DNA of 63,747 bases, the filler included, from Asterionella formosa (taxonomy: Eukaryota): assembly GCA_002256025.1 (NCBI GenBank). It is 10 parts of 10 records of this genome, joined end to end, with 100 filler letters (N's around TTAATTAATTAA, not from the genome) between each part and the next. Parts side by side here need not be neighbours in the genome. Positions count along the whole stretch, not along the records: positions 6,408 to 12,699 come from NKIB01012751.1; positions 12,800 to 19,087 come from NKIB01012752.1; positions 19,188 to 25,474 come from NKIB01012753.1; 7 more parts are not named here. One strand, written 5' to 3'. Positions 10,986 through 22,358 of this stretch are shown here, one piece after another. The notes below the pieces were generated by a model that saw nothing but the letters and a program-made list of their open reading frames with translations, was not told the origin of the DNA and searched no databases. The translations under genes and the position numbers were made by a program. Numbering within the stretch: the stretch's first letter is position 1; every line of letters begins with the position of its first letter.

Positions 10986-12212
10986 TTATTGCGATTCATT
11001 CGCCGCAGCACTAATTCTAGGTTGGCCAGCGCCAGTTGCCCAATTTGGTTCACGAGTTGGACCTTTCCCAAGGATGAAGGCGGCCACTTCGTCTACCAGT
11101 GCATCTAATTCCTGTTCATTTCCAAAGGACGCAGACTCCACCCCGCCGATCGCCCCAGCTGCAATATCCCTTGCTTCATCCGGTATGTCCAAATCCTTCA
11201 AGCCCAACTTAAAATATACAGGAGTAAGGTGAGAGCCAGGAAGTGCCGACACTGTTGGCTTGTTGGGACAAACTTGAAGAAATTGCTGACTACTATCCAA
11301 CGTGTCATCATCAAACACAAACAAGCGTGTCTTGTCGCTCTTGTTGTACTTTATCGCAATAATCTTGTCTGTATCTTCTGGCGTTGGTGTAAACTCTACT
11401 CCCAAAGTCCCAATGGCCATTTCCGCCACATTAAAAATGGTATTGAGCATTTCTGACGCACTCCCTCCAGTTGCACTTGCTTGTCCAATCTGCTTCGCAA
11501 ATTCTCTCGCCATGCGAATAGTTTGCACAAATCCAAAGTTATTAAAGGCAATAAATCCAATTCCTTCATAGTCTTGACCCGTCGCTCCCATGTAAATGGT
11601 CTGCAGCTTGCAACCTAGAGAGTGTCCCAAACAATACGTGGGAAGGGTGGTTGGGTACTGCCGCGTCGGATCGTCCTCACAATACAAGACTGCCCGTCGT
11701 AGCAGTTCTCCAGATGTTTTGGCAATAGTAAAGTGGTCTAGACCGACTTGGTAGGGAGCCGTTAGTATAGCAGCGTTTAGCTTGGTGGATAGACGCATAA
11801 GAAATTCCGAATACGCAATATGAGGAAATTGTCCCAAGCCAGCCCCTCCAAGAAAGACAATAAGGCAGGATGGAATGGTCGAAGTGGGCGGTTCGAGGAG
11901 ATATACAAAATCTTGCTGTGACTCTTGTGATGGTGTTGTTGTTGGTCCTTCTTCTTTCCCGGCCGAGTCTTTGGGCAGAACGAGTTTTGTCCATCTTGAT
12001 TTGGGTCCCTGCGCTCGCTGTTCAATCATCCATTGTCGATCGAGTTTGGCTAGAGTTGAGACAAGTTCGCCTGCGGGATTGTCCATGTCACCTCCTCTCA
12101 CCATGTAATGTCTAGAGCCAAATGACATATTGTTCCCTCTCTTCCCCCTAATGGCGAAGGCCAGCGATAGGGTGGCCCATGATGCAAGCAGGAGCAGTGT
12201 AACTGATTTCAT
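10986..12212 (-). CDS. DUF1350-like alpha/beta hydrolase, probably plastid-targeted
   Basis: FLGGAGLG.FP...Y, GHSLGCK, DDTLDS, GSHLTP; signal peptide ending SLA-FA (ASAFAP-like); start MKSVTLL at 12212. Confidence 0.85.
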   Translation of the reverse strand: MKSVTLLLLASWATLSLAFAIRGKRGNNMSFGSRHYMVRGGDMDNPAGELVSTLAKLDRQWMIEQRAQGPKSRWTKLVLPKDSAGKEEGPTTTPSQESQQDFVYLLEPPTSTIPSCLIVFLGGAGLGQFPHIAYSEFLMRLSTKLNAAILTAPYQVGLDHFTIAKTSGELLRRAVLYCEDDPTRQYPTTLPTYCLGHSLGCKLQTIYMGATGQDYEGIGFIAFNNFGFVQTIRMAREFAKQIGQASATGGSASEMLNTIFNVAEMAIGTLGVEFTPTPEDTDKIIAIKYNKSDKTRLFVFDDDTLDSSQQFLQVCPNKPTVSALPGSHLTPVYFKLGLKDLDIPDEARDIAAGAIGGVESASFGNEQELDALVDEVAAFILGKGPTREPNWATGAGQPRISAAANESQ

Positions 12213-12799
12213 GGAACTGTATATAAAAATTCTTAACACCTTCTTATTGTGACACAATATGTACTGGACTGTACTGGTAAAGGTAGTCTATAATGACTCC
12301 GATAGTCTATCAGGTTGGAGTACTGCTACCAGGTACTTGGTACCCAGCTCACTTCTTCTTGTAGACTACCTGGTACCAGGTACCTGTTACCCTGGTACCT
12401 GATGGTACTCCTCTTTTCTGTACATGAGTCGTATCTTGAACATCCATCCACGTTGCAAAGTTAAAATAATCGTAACAGGTACGAGGTAGGAAGGAGTACC
12501 TGGTACCAGGTTCTCCCTGGTGCCACCAGGTTGCATGTTTACATAGTTCTGATGCTTTCATGGTGTCCTAGTTGTTAATATCTGCATATGATGCTCCATA
12601 CATGCGCCGTACAAACCATACCGGCGCAGCCACCAGATTAGGTACATGCGTGAGTGCTAACAACGATGTACTTGGAACAGCAATAGAATAGTCATAATAN
12701 NNNNNNNNNNNNNNNNNNNNNNNNNNNNNNNNNNNNNNNNNNNTTAATTAATTAANNNNNNNNNNNNNNNNNNNNNNNNNNNNNNNNNNNNNNNNNNNN

Positions 12800-12934
12800 T
12801 TCAATTATGCGACTGGTGATCTCCTTTCAGGCGAATCATGGTTGCATGATAATGGAACTGCTTCTGAATATAATTTTTGTGATTGGGATAACACTGATTG
12901 CAACGACGGTAGGACAGACATCACAGTTTTCTGA
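12800..12934 (+). pseudogene. Possible fragment of an LRR-protein N-terminal cap
   Basis: Translates FNYATGDLLSGESWLH...FCDWDNTDC then stop, resembling the YYAT..W...C.W.G..C cap of diatom LRR proteins; starts at contig edge. Confidence 0.3.
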
Positions 12935-13637
12935 TAGTCAACTATTGTAGCAGGCTTTCTTGTCCCCTGCTTTTATGCCTGAGCCTCCTTACTCAGCATG
13001 GTAATCACCATGTGAATTGTTTGCATATGTTGATGTTGCTAGTCTAGAAACAGCTAATGCGCTATAGAATAGTAGAAATACTATATTTATAGAAGCTTTA
13101 TCTAGTACTACACTTCGTTGGCAAGCATTTGTCCCTTTAGAAAATAGGAATTTCGGTTGATTGTTGGATTTTAGCCGCCCAACACGACAACTTCATCATG
13201 GGACAGCAGTTCTCCTCCAAATCTACGATCCTCTCTTCCCCAATGATGCATAGGAAACACTTGTCCCATCCTTTCCAACATTGACCTAATTCCTGAATAG
13301 TTTGCTGCCACATGATTCCTTGAAATCGACCCTGTCACATGCGGCTGATTGCTGACTATTTCTTCCTGCATTCAGTGCGATGCCCCCCTTCCCCCCCCCA
13401 TCAAGTCGGCGTCTCCCCTGCCGTTCCTCCTCCACATTGCATCATCCGCGGTGCTTACAAGAGCAACGACGGGACATAAGTGCAAATAACAATCAACAGT
13501 TACAACGATGATGATGGTCTTGCCGAAGTTATAACAGTTTAACAAAAACATACCCTACTTATTGATAATCAAACCATAACAGTTCCGTAATTAGAATAAT
13601 AAATACTAGTTGATTCTCCTAAATATAACCATAATGA

Positions 13638-13958
13638 TCATTTCCACAAATTGCGAAGTGCTTCATTACCTTTTTCTTGAACACCATCATTGGATGAGTA
13701 ATTTCGCATAGCAGACTCAATTAGGGCTTTTCAACCAGCATCGGATATCGTCACCTTGTTGCTGCCATTATTCAAAGCCAATTTCCAAAGTGCTCCACAA
13801 CCATGCTCTTGAACCCTAGCATTGGAGGAATGAGTCCTCATCGCAGACAGAATTGAAGGAATACCTCCTGCATCAGCAATCATCACCTTGTTGTTTTCAT
13901 TATTGTCAGCCAAGTTCCAAAATGCTGCACAACCTTGGAGTTGTACATTAGCATGGTA
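13638..13958 (-). pseudogene. Armadillo-repeat C-terminal fragment with an internal stop
   Basis: HANVQLQGCAAFWNLA..NKVMIADAGGI..AM..HSSNARVQEHGCGALWKLA..AG*KALIESAMRNYSSNDGVQEKGNEALRNLWK*; TGA at 13731-13733 replaces the G of AGG. Confidence 0.8.
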
Positions 13959-14206
13959 TGCCCCCCATTCTGTGTCGGACCTGATCCAGCTGGCAAGCGA
14001 TTTCAACAAATGCAAGCTGAACGATAGCTCCTCTGATCCAGATGAATGGCTCATTGAGCTCGATCTAATACAAAGCAAGATGATGGCGATCGACCCGTCA
14101 TTTGAGAAGAAAGAAATGGAAGTGATTGCGAACGTTATCGACAAGCTTCCAGTGGAGTACAGCGAGGTTGTTACAGTCGTCAAGGGCATGACAACAATCA
14201 GCCTCA
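13957..14206 (+). mobile_element. Isolated Copia gag fragment (Retrotran_gag_2-like)
   Basis: YAPHSVSDLIQLASDFNKCKL...DPDEWLIELD...VIDKLPVEYSEVVT; similar in pattern to the gag at 18145. Confidence 0.7.
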
Positions 14207-14619
14207 ACTCTCATCAACCACACATTATACCTTGTTACTCCGACTATAATGAGCCGGACAATATAAGCTATTTCGGAAGACCGATAGTTTGAAATGAATG
14301 ATCATGGTTAAATACCTATGATCAGTAAGTGTGAGATAGACATGGGTCTATCTATGATTGTATGTTTCTAGAAATGCAAACAGCATTTGTAGAATAGTTC
14401 GTTTGTTTTGTTCAAACAGAACAGCCTAAACTAGATTAGTAAACTCACAATAAGAATATAGAAACGAAAAGAGAAACGAACGTCTCTATCTATAGTCTTC
14501 TTTGTCTAACGATATAGATCTATACAAAAGGTAATACTTTAACATGTTGTTGCCATGCAACACTGATACTTACAAAATGTATATCACTTCTTTCCTGTTT
14601 ATTTCTGATAATTTTCAGA

Positions 14620-15840
14620 TATTCAAGGCATCAGAAAGGATTTTATGTTGATGGGCATGAGCGCAAAGACATGGTTGAATACAGGACTTTGTTTTTTTAT
14701 GAATATCTTGTCAATGTTGAGATATGGGCTCCTGTATGGATTCAAGTCACTCATGAGTTTGCAAGAGAAGCAAATACACAAGATTTCTGAAGTGACAAAA
14801 GGACATTTTGCAAATGAGTATTAATTTTATAGTAATAACTTGGAAGAAATTTGTTAATTTCATATTGATGATGCGGAAAGGTTCCAAAATATGGTGCAAT
14901 CATCTGATTTTGGTTCACAATTTGGTGGGTTACTCAGCAAAAGGATTGGAGTCCAAAAACCAATCATGATTGGTCAAGATGAAGCAGTCACACATGAAAA
15001 GTCCTTGAATCCGTTCTTCTGGGGTGGATCAGGTGGACAGCAGGCAATGCGTCCTAAGAATAAAGGTATGAGCTATCACTTCTCAGGTTTCACATCACGT
15101 TAGTTTCATTAATAGAATCCAAGGCCATCAGCAGAAAAAATCATTGAAATCAATAACTGAGATGTGGTACAAGCTATGTTGCATTTGATGCTGCTAGCAA
15201 GGTGTATGAAAGGGCCACAAAGGAGGATCTTAAGTTGGAGAATCATGGATTTGTCAGGTACCTTTCTCTGTATCTATTGATTTTCACTCATTGAAAATTG
15301 CAGTCTAGTAGCTAACTTGAACCCATATTGCTTAAAAATACAACACAGGAACTAAAAGCCAGGGATTAATCAAGATGGATACTGGACAGGAGGAAATCAT
15401 GTTCTGAAACAGACTGAAGACATGATGGATTGCACAAAAATAATGTTCCCACAGTTTGATAAGATTTGTTTGTTTGATCAAAGTTCAGGACATTGTCAAA
15501 AACAACTCACTTTTGTTGAGTCGGGGATTTTTCCATTCATCAAGTTCAATATCATGCATGTTCTTCTCTCTCTCTTCATCAGTTGCAAACCACCATGGCC
15601 CTATGCTTGCAGACTCTGGAGCTTCTGGAAATTGTAAATGTTGGGTGTCCCCTAGTTTCACGGTCATTGGTCAATTATCAAATTCACCAAGATCACATGA
15701 GGAGACAGATGAGCTATGCATAAATGGCTGAGAGCCCCCAAAGCCCTTGTTCATAATGATTTCATCTAAACCATCCAGTTGTTTTGACATCTGCAAATAG
15801 ATCCTATGTACCACAGAATTATGTTCAAGGAATAAAATAA
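14620..15840 (+). mobile_element. Degenerate IS630/Tc1/mariner-like DDE transposase with an internal inversion (15508-15776)
   Basis: GFYVDGHERKDMVEYR; IGQDEA...W.....RPKNKG.S...SGF; DGYWT..Q; FDQSSGH; continuation LDGL...MNKGFGGSQPFMH lies on the minus strand; many stops and frameshifts. Confidence 0.75.
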
Positions 15841-15988
15841 ACTGATAATACACATTACTGGTACATGTTATTTTTGATGCTAATTGTCACACCATCCTCA
15901 ATGCATTGTTCATGGTCTCAAAAAAAGGCATTATCTTTTTGACCAGTGGATATTGAAAAATAATTAACACACTGACATAGATCAAACA

Positions 15989-16121
15989 AAAAGACTGCAA
16001 AAGAACATGATGTTTATAAAAGACCGCAAAAGTTTGCAAAAGACTGGGAAAACCTGGATGTACAATGTTTTCCAGCAGTCTTTTGCAACCTTTTGCAAAC
16101 TTTGTTCTTTTGCAGTCTTTT
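15989..16121. repeat. Imperfect foldback built from GCAAAAG units
   Basis: aaaagactgcaaaagaaca (15989-16007) is the exact reverse complement of 16103-16121; further inner arms are present. Confidence 0.8.
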
Positions 16122-16814
16122 GGGAAAACATGATGCAAGGTCAATTTTAGATAAAACAAGTTTTTGTGTGTGACTTTTTGTACTTCTGAGTCTCCATCAA
16201 TCCCCAGTTGATCAAAGAATCAAAGTGAATTTAGGAGAATAATGTTGAATAGATTCCACTCTATTGGTATTTACCAAAAAAAGATCTTATACGTCGCTTT
16301 CAGCCAGAATATTTCCTCATTCTCAGTATTGTTGCAGCATTACTTCCAATCTTGTTGCAAAAATTTGCTACTGTCAATGAAAATCCTCCAACCAAGAAGA
16401 AAAGAGGAAACTACCAGTACCATCATCACCATACTCAGGGATCCGACAGAAGTACTGTGAGTTCTCACTTTGTTTCATATGGGTTCTTACGGCATTCAGT
16501 GTATTGACCATTATCCATTCTTTTTCATGTCAAACTGCAAGCATTTTTTTTAAACCTCTCAAGCCTTTTTCTTTTCCTCCCTCACCAGCAAAAATTTCAG
16601 CTTGACAGTGTGCCTCAGGTAGGAGTTGAATTGATAATGATCTCAACATATTGACATTTATATTGTCCACTTTATCCTTTTAATCATTTTATCCATGTAC
16701 AATTAATTAACCAACAATACATATATAAATATTTATATAAATTGCCATGTTGGGAAAATCTTCTGATTTGTTTGTTTTATCATACTACTAGTACCACCAG
16801 GAGGCCCTCCTTCT

Positions 16815-17381
16815 TCAGCAATTACCTGCTTCAGTAATTGTCACCTTGTTATTCTCATCCAGAGCCCACTTCGCAAGCTTCACAAGATTTTCTTCTTGAA
16901 TGACACCATTCCACTCATTCTTTTGCATCCTTAAAAGAATTTCTTTAATCTGAGTCGAAATTGAAGTGGCAGTAGGACCTCCTGTTTCATCAGTTGGCAC
17001 CTTGTTGTTGGCATTCAAAGGCAAGTTCTAAAGCTCTGTACCTAGATTCTTTATCAACTCATCTATGGAAATGGATTCAGTGGGATTGCTATCGCTTGGT
17101 GTTGGGTTTGTTGGGGAAGAAGGATTTTGTTTGCGGTTCTGGTTTGCATCAATGAGTTTGTTTATATCATTTAGTAGATCAACACCAATTGAATTATAAG
17201 AGAGACTAAGTGTAGACAAGACAGTATTGTCCTTGAGAGCCTCTGCAATGGCCTTGGCTCCGTCATTACCAATTGAATTAAATCCGAGATTAAGGAAAGT
17301 CAAACTTGGATCATTCGCTTTCAACCGTTTGACAGATTTCTCCAATTCTGTTTTCCAACCTAAGGCTCTTAGCATTGTCAA
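16815..17381 (-). pseudogene. RI/NLRC3-like LRR followed by the start of an ARM repeat; internal TAG
   Basis: LKANDPSLTFLNLGFNSIGNDGAKAIAEALKDNTVL; the same frame continues past the stop at 17028-17030 into IQEE...ENNKVTITEAG. Confidence 0.7.
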
Positions 17382-17715
17382 TGTCGTCTTGAATGTAATG
17401 AGAGTTGTCTTTGGTTTATTCGTGCGATTTCTTTGTCGTGTCTCGTCGTCGTTGTCGTTATCGTGATTAAATTCTGCAAAAATAGTTTCTCTATCACTTG
17501 TCGTAGAATTCTACGATGCAACTCATTATTGCTCCTGCATGATAGATGGAAAATGCCGAGAATTTTGTCGATCCTCATTGGTACCAGGTACCTGGTACCA
17601 ATATGTAGTACATATAGCTACATATGAGGCATGATGATGGTAATGTATACGATTGGACTACCGGTACCCATATGTATGCGATTGAATTACGGGGAATGAT
17701 AGAAGGGCTTATATG

Positions 17716-19087
17716 TGTCAAGAATATAGCATCAATGGCTATAATGAGTCACAAGGACTGTGGACTCGACTATAGTCCAATGAGTCAAATGGTGCGTTCC
17801 CATGTCAAGAAGCTTGCTACCGGTAACGAGATTGATGTCTTAGATCAATCAGAAGAAGGTTTACATCAACGAAAAGGGAACACGAAGAAAAGGTTCTCGA
17901 AGTGTGATGAATGGGATTGAAACTTAGTTTTAGTTTAATCTTATAATTAAGAAACAGTGAGAATTGACAGAGTAAGGTCAATAGCGAAAACTAGCACGAA
18001 GGCTAGCAGCAGAAAGAAGATAACAATACTGGTGGTATATCAGGTAAGTTCTACGTAAGAGGAACCCGTCAGATGGGAAGGAGTACGAGACCTTTCAACA
18101 CGCTTTAAAGCGTTCACTTTAAGGCCACAGGCTACTCAGGAACGATGGGAAGTGACGAAGACACGTCAGTGAGGTTGCCGACATTCGATGGGCAAGATGC
18201 TAAATGGCACATGTGGAAAGCGAAGTTTCTCGCATACGCGTGCTACAAGAACTTTCAAGGAATACTTAACGGTGACGAACTACCAAGAGGAGAGAAAGAC
18301 CTAAAGGGCGATACGATCGTGTTGTCGGATGCTGACGAGAGACGCATCCGAAGGAGCAACACAGTTGCTTACGCAAGTCTGATAATGGCATGCCAGAGTG
18401 GGCCATTCGGACACGTAAATAATGCAAGAAGTGCCGAGTTTCCTAACGGCAATGCTAAAGAAGCATGGGACAAGCTCATTTCTACGTATGAGTCAGGCAA
18501 CATGGCAAATGTCATTGCCTTGTCCCACCAATGGACGAAGTGCACTCTAGGGGAAAACGAGAACCCCGACAGCTGGTATGTGGAGTTGGATCGAATCCAG
18601 GAACGATTGGGCAATACGAGCTCCGCCGTTTCGGATGGTGCCTATGTGGCACACATGATCAACAACCTACCTGAAAGCTACAAGAGTTTGGTAGTAGGAA
18701 GGTTCGGCCTGGCGCGCAACACGCTAACGGTCGAAGAGATTAAGACAGACATCCGGGACTACTACGATCTATATGTCCGGGATGACGTCAAAACGACTAA
18801 CAAGAACAAGAGTGAACAGGCCTTCTACACGAAAGGGAAGTTCAAAGGTGACTGTCGTAAGTGTGGCAAGTATGGCCACAAGGCGGCTGAATGTCGCAGC
18901 AAGGGCAATAGTGCCGAAAAGAAGGAGCTCACTCCTGAGCAGAAAGAAAAGAGGAAAACGATCAAGTGTTTCAAGTGCCAACGCATGGGACACTACGCAA
19001 GTGAGTGCACCAGTAACAGTGCATCTAAGAATAATAGAAACGAAGAAAACAACACGACTACATCTACCCAGCAAGGAATGTTCGTCG
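17716..19087 (+). mobile_element. Ty1/Copia (CoDi-like) LTR retrotransposon, 5' part: LTR ~17716-18100 plus gag; cut by contig end
   Basis: TG...CA segment whose 5' boundary coincides with the limit of homology to the copy at 57472-59129; gag follows. Confidence 0.9.
18145..19087 (+). CDS. Copia gag polyprotein (5' part, open to contig end)
   Basis: FDG....W..WK.KF, AKEAWDKL, NPDSWYVEL, NNLPESY and two CX2CX4HX4C knuckles. Confidence 0.9.
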
Positions 19088-19189
19088 NNNNNNNNNNNNN
19101 NNNNNNNNNNNNNNNNNNNNNNNNNNNNNNNTTAATTAATTAANNNNNNNNNNNNNNNNNNNNNNNNNNNNNNNNNNNNNNNNNNNNTG

Positions 19190-19408
19190 TTCAATGCGAA
19201 AGCTTTCATTTATTATGACATTGAACAACCAGAGGGGGCATTAGAGCGAGTGCACTATCTAGAAAATAATGAGACAGCCTACAAAGAAGTCATGTCCGAA
19301 CCAATCCTGGCAAATGGAAGTGACACAATTGAAGCATACTTTTCCATGAGCGACAGCATCGGTGGAGGCAAACTCAAGTCAAAGATTCGAGATTTGATGG
19401 AACTCTGA
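19190..19408 (+). CDS. 3' end of a glycosyltransferase family 10 (alpha-1,3-fucosyltransferase-like) gene; missed by the ORF track
   Basis: Open from the contig edge: FNAKAFIYYD..PEGALERVHYLENNETAYKEVMSEPILANG...YFSMSDSIGGGKLKSKIRDLMEL*; FN..AFI and YL..N..AY fit the GT10 C-terminus. Confidence 0.65.
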   Translation, partial: FNAKAFIYYDIEQPEGALERVHYLENNETAYKEVMSEPILANGSDTIEAYFSMSDSIGGGKLKSKIRDLMEL

Positions 19409-19842
19409 GACTAAAAGTATGACAAGATTTGATTCGAAGATAGGAGGCACCTGTCATTCTTGAGTGGATGACCTAAATTCTGTGCTTATGAACCGCAAAC
19501 AAGATGGTGCTCATTTGGAATCCCTTTCAATTCTTCCAACCTGTTATAAATCTGGTGTGTATAGTTGAGCAGAAGTATGTGCATGCCTGCTCACTCCTAC
19601 TGGTACCCAGATAAACATGTATTCCCATTCTCCAAATTGATCCTCTCAATTTCAATGTTAAAGTGGCAAATCACCTGGATATCCCCAAAATTGAGTGTAT
19701 AGTCCCTTGTGATTGCATAGATCCAAAGCATACCGGCGAGCAAAATTTTGAACCTCTTTTTTGAGAAAGCACAAACAATCGATGATTTGTCCCTTTCACC
19801 GATTCAGGCATTTCAGTGTTTATATTTGACTGTACTATATAT

Positions 19843-21018
19843 TTATTGTATGGCACCACCTGTCCCATTTGCATCAATGATACATGTCAACTGTGCCGCT
19901 TGCGCAGGATGAATTCTTTGTGTCTCTTCTATAGACTGTTTGGTAATTCCTGAATATCTTGCCAGTACAAATAGTCCCTGTGGTTCGGCTTGTATCTGCA
20001 GTCGTCCATCAAACCATCCTGTGAGGGATAAGATTTGATTGTTTCCTCGTATATCCAATGCTGTCACATGAGGGAGAGATCGACCCAAATATCCCAATAT
20101 AGTGGAATCACATGCAGCTTCACAAAATGCAATATTGAGTCGTTGAAGAGTTGCCCCGCAGTGTGTCAACGAAGTCCGCAAGGCCCCTCCTGTCACTAAA
20201 CTAAAGGCTAATCCCAATCCGGTCCATTCCCGAAGTGCTACCAGTTGCGCCAAGGTCGGATCGGTCCAACCCAAGCCAGAGGCGTACAATTCCGTAAGTA
20301 GCGGCAATTCCGGAATAACACTGTCCAATATATATGGTATAGTCATATTGTACGTTCCACCAATATCCAAACATATTAGATTGGGACAATGTGCGACAAC
20401 CGAACGAAGTGATGCATTCGTCAAGCGTCTACAACTTTTGAGTGACAATCGTTGCAAGTGTGGACAATGGGACAGTAGCGTTTCAACGACATCATCTGTC
20501 AACGTGTGGCTTCCAGTTAAATCCAATGTTCCTAAACAATCACCCATGCCTGCTTTTACCATGGCGTCGATGGTCCTTTCCCCGATACTTCCATTATGTA
20601 ACGAAAGGGCTGCCAAGCTAGTTCCTGGTTCGATGCTCTTCGACGTATTGGCATGATACTTCCACTCCTTCCAAAACGCTAGACCCAATCGAGTATCATC
20701 CAATCTGCCCAATTCGACCATGGCATCCAAATAACTTTGCAAAACATCTAGGGCGACGTTTCCGTTCTTCAGCACCAATTTTCCATTATTACGTTCCGCG
20801 CAAAAAGGATGGACCAAATCAACTTCGTTGGCGTTGGATCGTTTGTTGGTGGACTCTGGATACGGAATGCGGCTCAACGCAGCCTCGTCGTGAAAGGATC
20901 GCAACAAAGTACTCGACGATGTAGTGTCCCCGAATTCTATTTCTGGATTGCAGCCGTGAGGTCCGACCGCACGCAGACACAAAGTACGAAGAGGAGGAAT
21001 TCTGCGATTGCGGCTCAT
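19843..21018 (-). CDS. Cysteine-containing (FBXL/AMN1-like) leucine-rich repeat protein
   Basis: CPHLQRLSLKSCRRLTNASL, CPNLICLDIGG, LQRLNIAFC repeats; N-terminal IPPLRTLCL resembling a BC-box. Confidence 0.8.
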   Translation of the reverse strand: MSRNRRIPPLRTLCLRAVGPHGCNPEIEFGDTTSSSTLLRSFHDEAALSRIPYPESTNKRSNANEVDLVHPFCAERNNGKLVLKNGNVALDVLQSYLDAMVELGRLDDTRLGLAFWKEWKYHANTSKSIEPGTSLAALSLHNGSIGERTIDAMVKAGMGDCLGTLDLTGSHTLTDDVVETLLSHCPHLQRLSLKSCRRLTNASLRSVVAHCPNLICLDIGGTYNMTIPYILDSVIPELPLLTELYASGLGWTDPTLAQLVALREWTGLGLAFSLVTGGALRTSLTHCGATLQRLNIAFCEAACDSTILGYLGRSLPHVTALDIRGNNQILSLTGWFDGRLQIQAEPQGLFVLARYSGITKQSIEETQRIHPAQAAQLTCIIDANGTGGAIQ

Positions 21019-21532
21019 GATCGTTTGGATATCATAAAATGAATGAGGGAGTGAGTATATTGTTAGAATGGCAGCGACGATACCAGTGTAAATTTTGCAG
21101 TTACCAGGGGCACCCTGATACCAAAACCCCCAAGCAATATGTAAAGTAGAGTGAGTACCAGGTACCAGAGACTATCACATACCGGAATGTGCCAACGATA
21201 CACACCAGTTACTGTTCCGAAACTCGTCTGTGTACCAGTACCAGGGCTACCTGTGAACTGGTGCCAGGTTTGTGCAGAAAGGTCCGGTAAAGCACGTTTT
21301 CTAAATATCTCGATTACCGGTCCTTCCGCCCAGGGTCAACCATTGTCGGTTATGTATGAAACATGCTTGCTGTTTCTTAATACCTGCACCCACCGGTCTG
21401 TAGAACAAGGATCTCCGAGGTCTCTAAAAGCTTGCCGTTTGTGGTTTACCTGTTACTACCTTTTATGAGACCTTCAAAAATATACGGTGTTCAGTTTACT
21501 AACATCCCCATCCGACAACAAAGCAATCCACC

Positions 21533-21937
21533 ATGGTCAAGGTCCGTTTTCGTCATTTGTTTCTTCATGTATGGAATGAAACGAAGCATGATTGTTTGGC
21601 GGAGCCGCATAAGTCTGATCGAATGAAGCGAGAGAGGGAGAATGTGCCCACACTATTTTCAATGTGTCCACTGTTTGCCGGTCGTCTTCACCACAACGGT
21701 CCGTGTGCAATTCATGAATTGGATACTCACTCGTTTTCTCGTCTCCTTCCTCACTATATCTAGTCCAAGAACACTTGTGCGCACAACAACAGCCAAAAGG
21801 CTCATGCCAATGGCATTAAAAAGGCCAAAAAGTCTAAATTTGTTTCAAAGCAAGGAATGGACCCCAAGTTTCTCCGCAATCAAAAGTTTGCGAAAAAGTA
21901 CAATGGCAAGAAGAGAATTCATCCTGCGGAAGAATAA
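21533..21937 (+). CDS. RPL29: 60S ribosomal protein eL29; exons 21533-21541 and 21764-21937; missed by the ORF track
   Basis: Spliced product MVK/SKNTCAHNNSQKAHANGIKK...GMDPKFLRNQKFAKKYN; 222-bp GT-AG intron. Confidence 0.95.
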
Positions 21938-22358
21938 ATATTCAATGTAATGCTTGTTACTAGAGAAAATTATGGTGCGGGACGTTGTGCTTTATTAATA
22001 CTTTTTGCGGTGTACTATACCAGCATTTTTAGCACTTATTACAGTCAACATGAAGGAACTCCATCAGCAATGTTAGTTTTACTGGCGGGATGCACTGGAT
22101 ATCCCCAAAAATGCGAAATATATTACGATAGCATCAGACAAAACCACATTTTCGTAAATTCTCGTCGCCACAAAGTCATCCTACGCAGTGGCCCATTATT
22201 GTCTAGACTTTTTCAATGAAACTACTACTATACTACCGTATGCATACAATCACGCACATGCAACCACAGTTTACATAATCCTAAAACTAAGGCAAAATGC
22301 AACTTCCCTGGGTGCGTGGATGACATTCCATAGACAGGGAGAGATTTCCATGGATCTC

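Noticed and set aside
13731..13733. In-frame TGA as selenocysteine or readthrough
   Set aside because: It sits at a conserved Gly of the ARM repeat (GGA to TGA) in a fragment already disrupted by insertions
13731..14292. Overlapping 158-aa and 134-aa ORFs as real genes
   Set aside because: Each is a chimera reading across the ARM/gag junction
21542..21763. Intronic C/D snoRNA in RPL29 (ATGATT...CTGA)
   Set aside because: The C-like and D boxes are under 30 nt apart, with no terminal stem or guide I could identify; an Rfam/snoscan run would be needed
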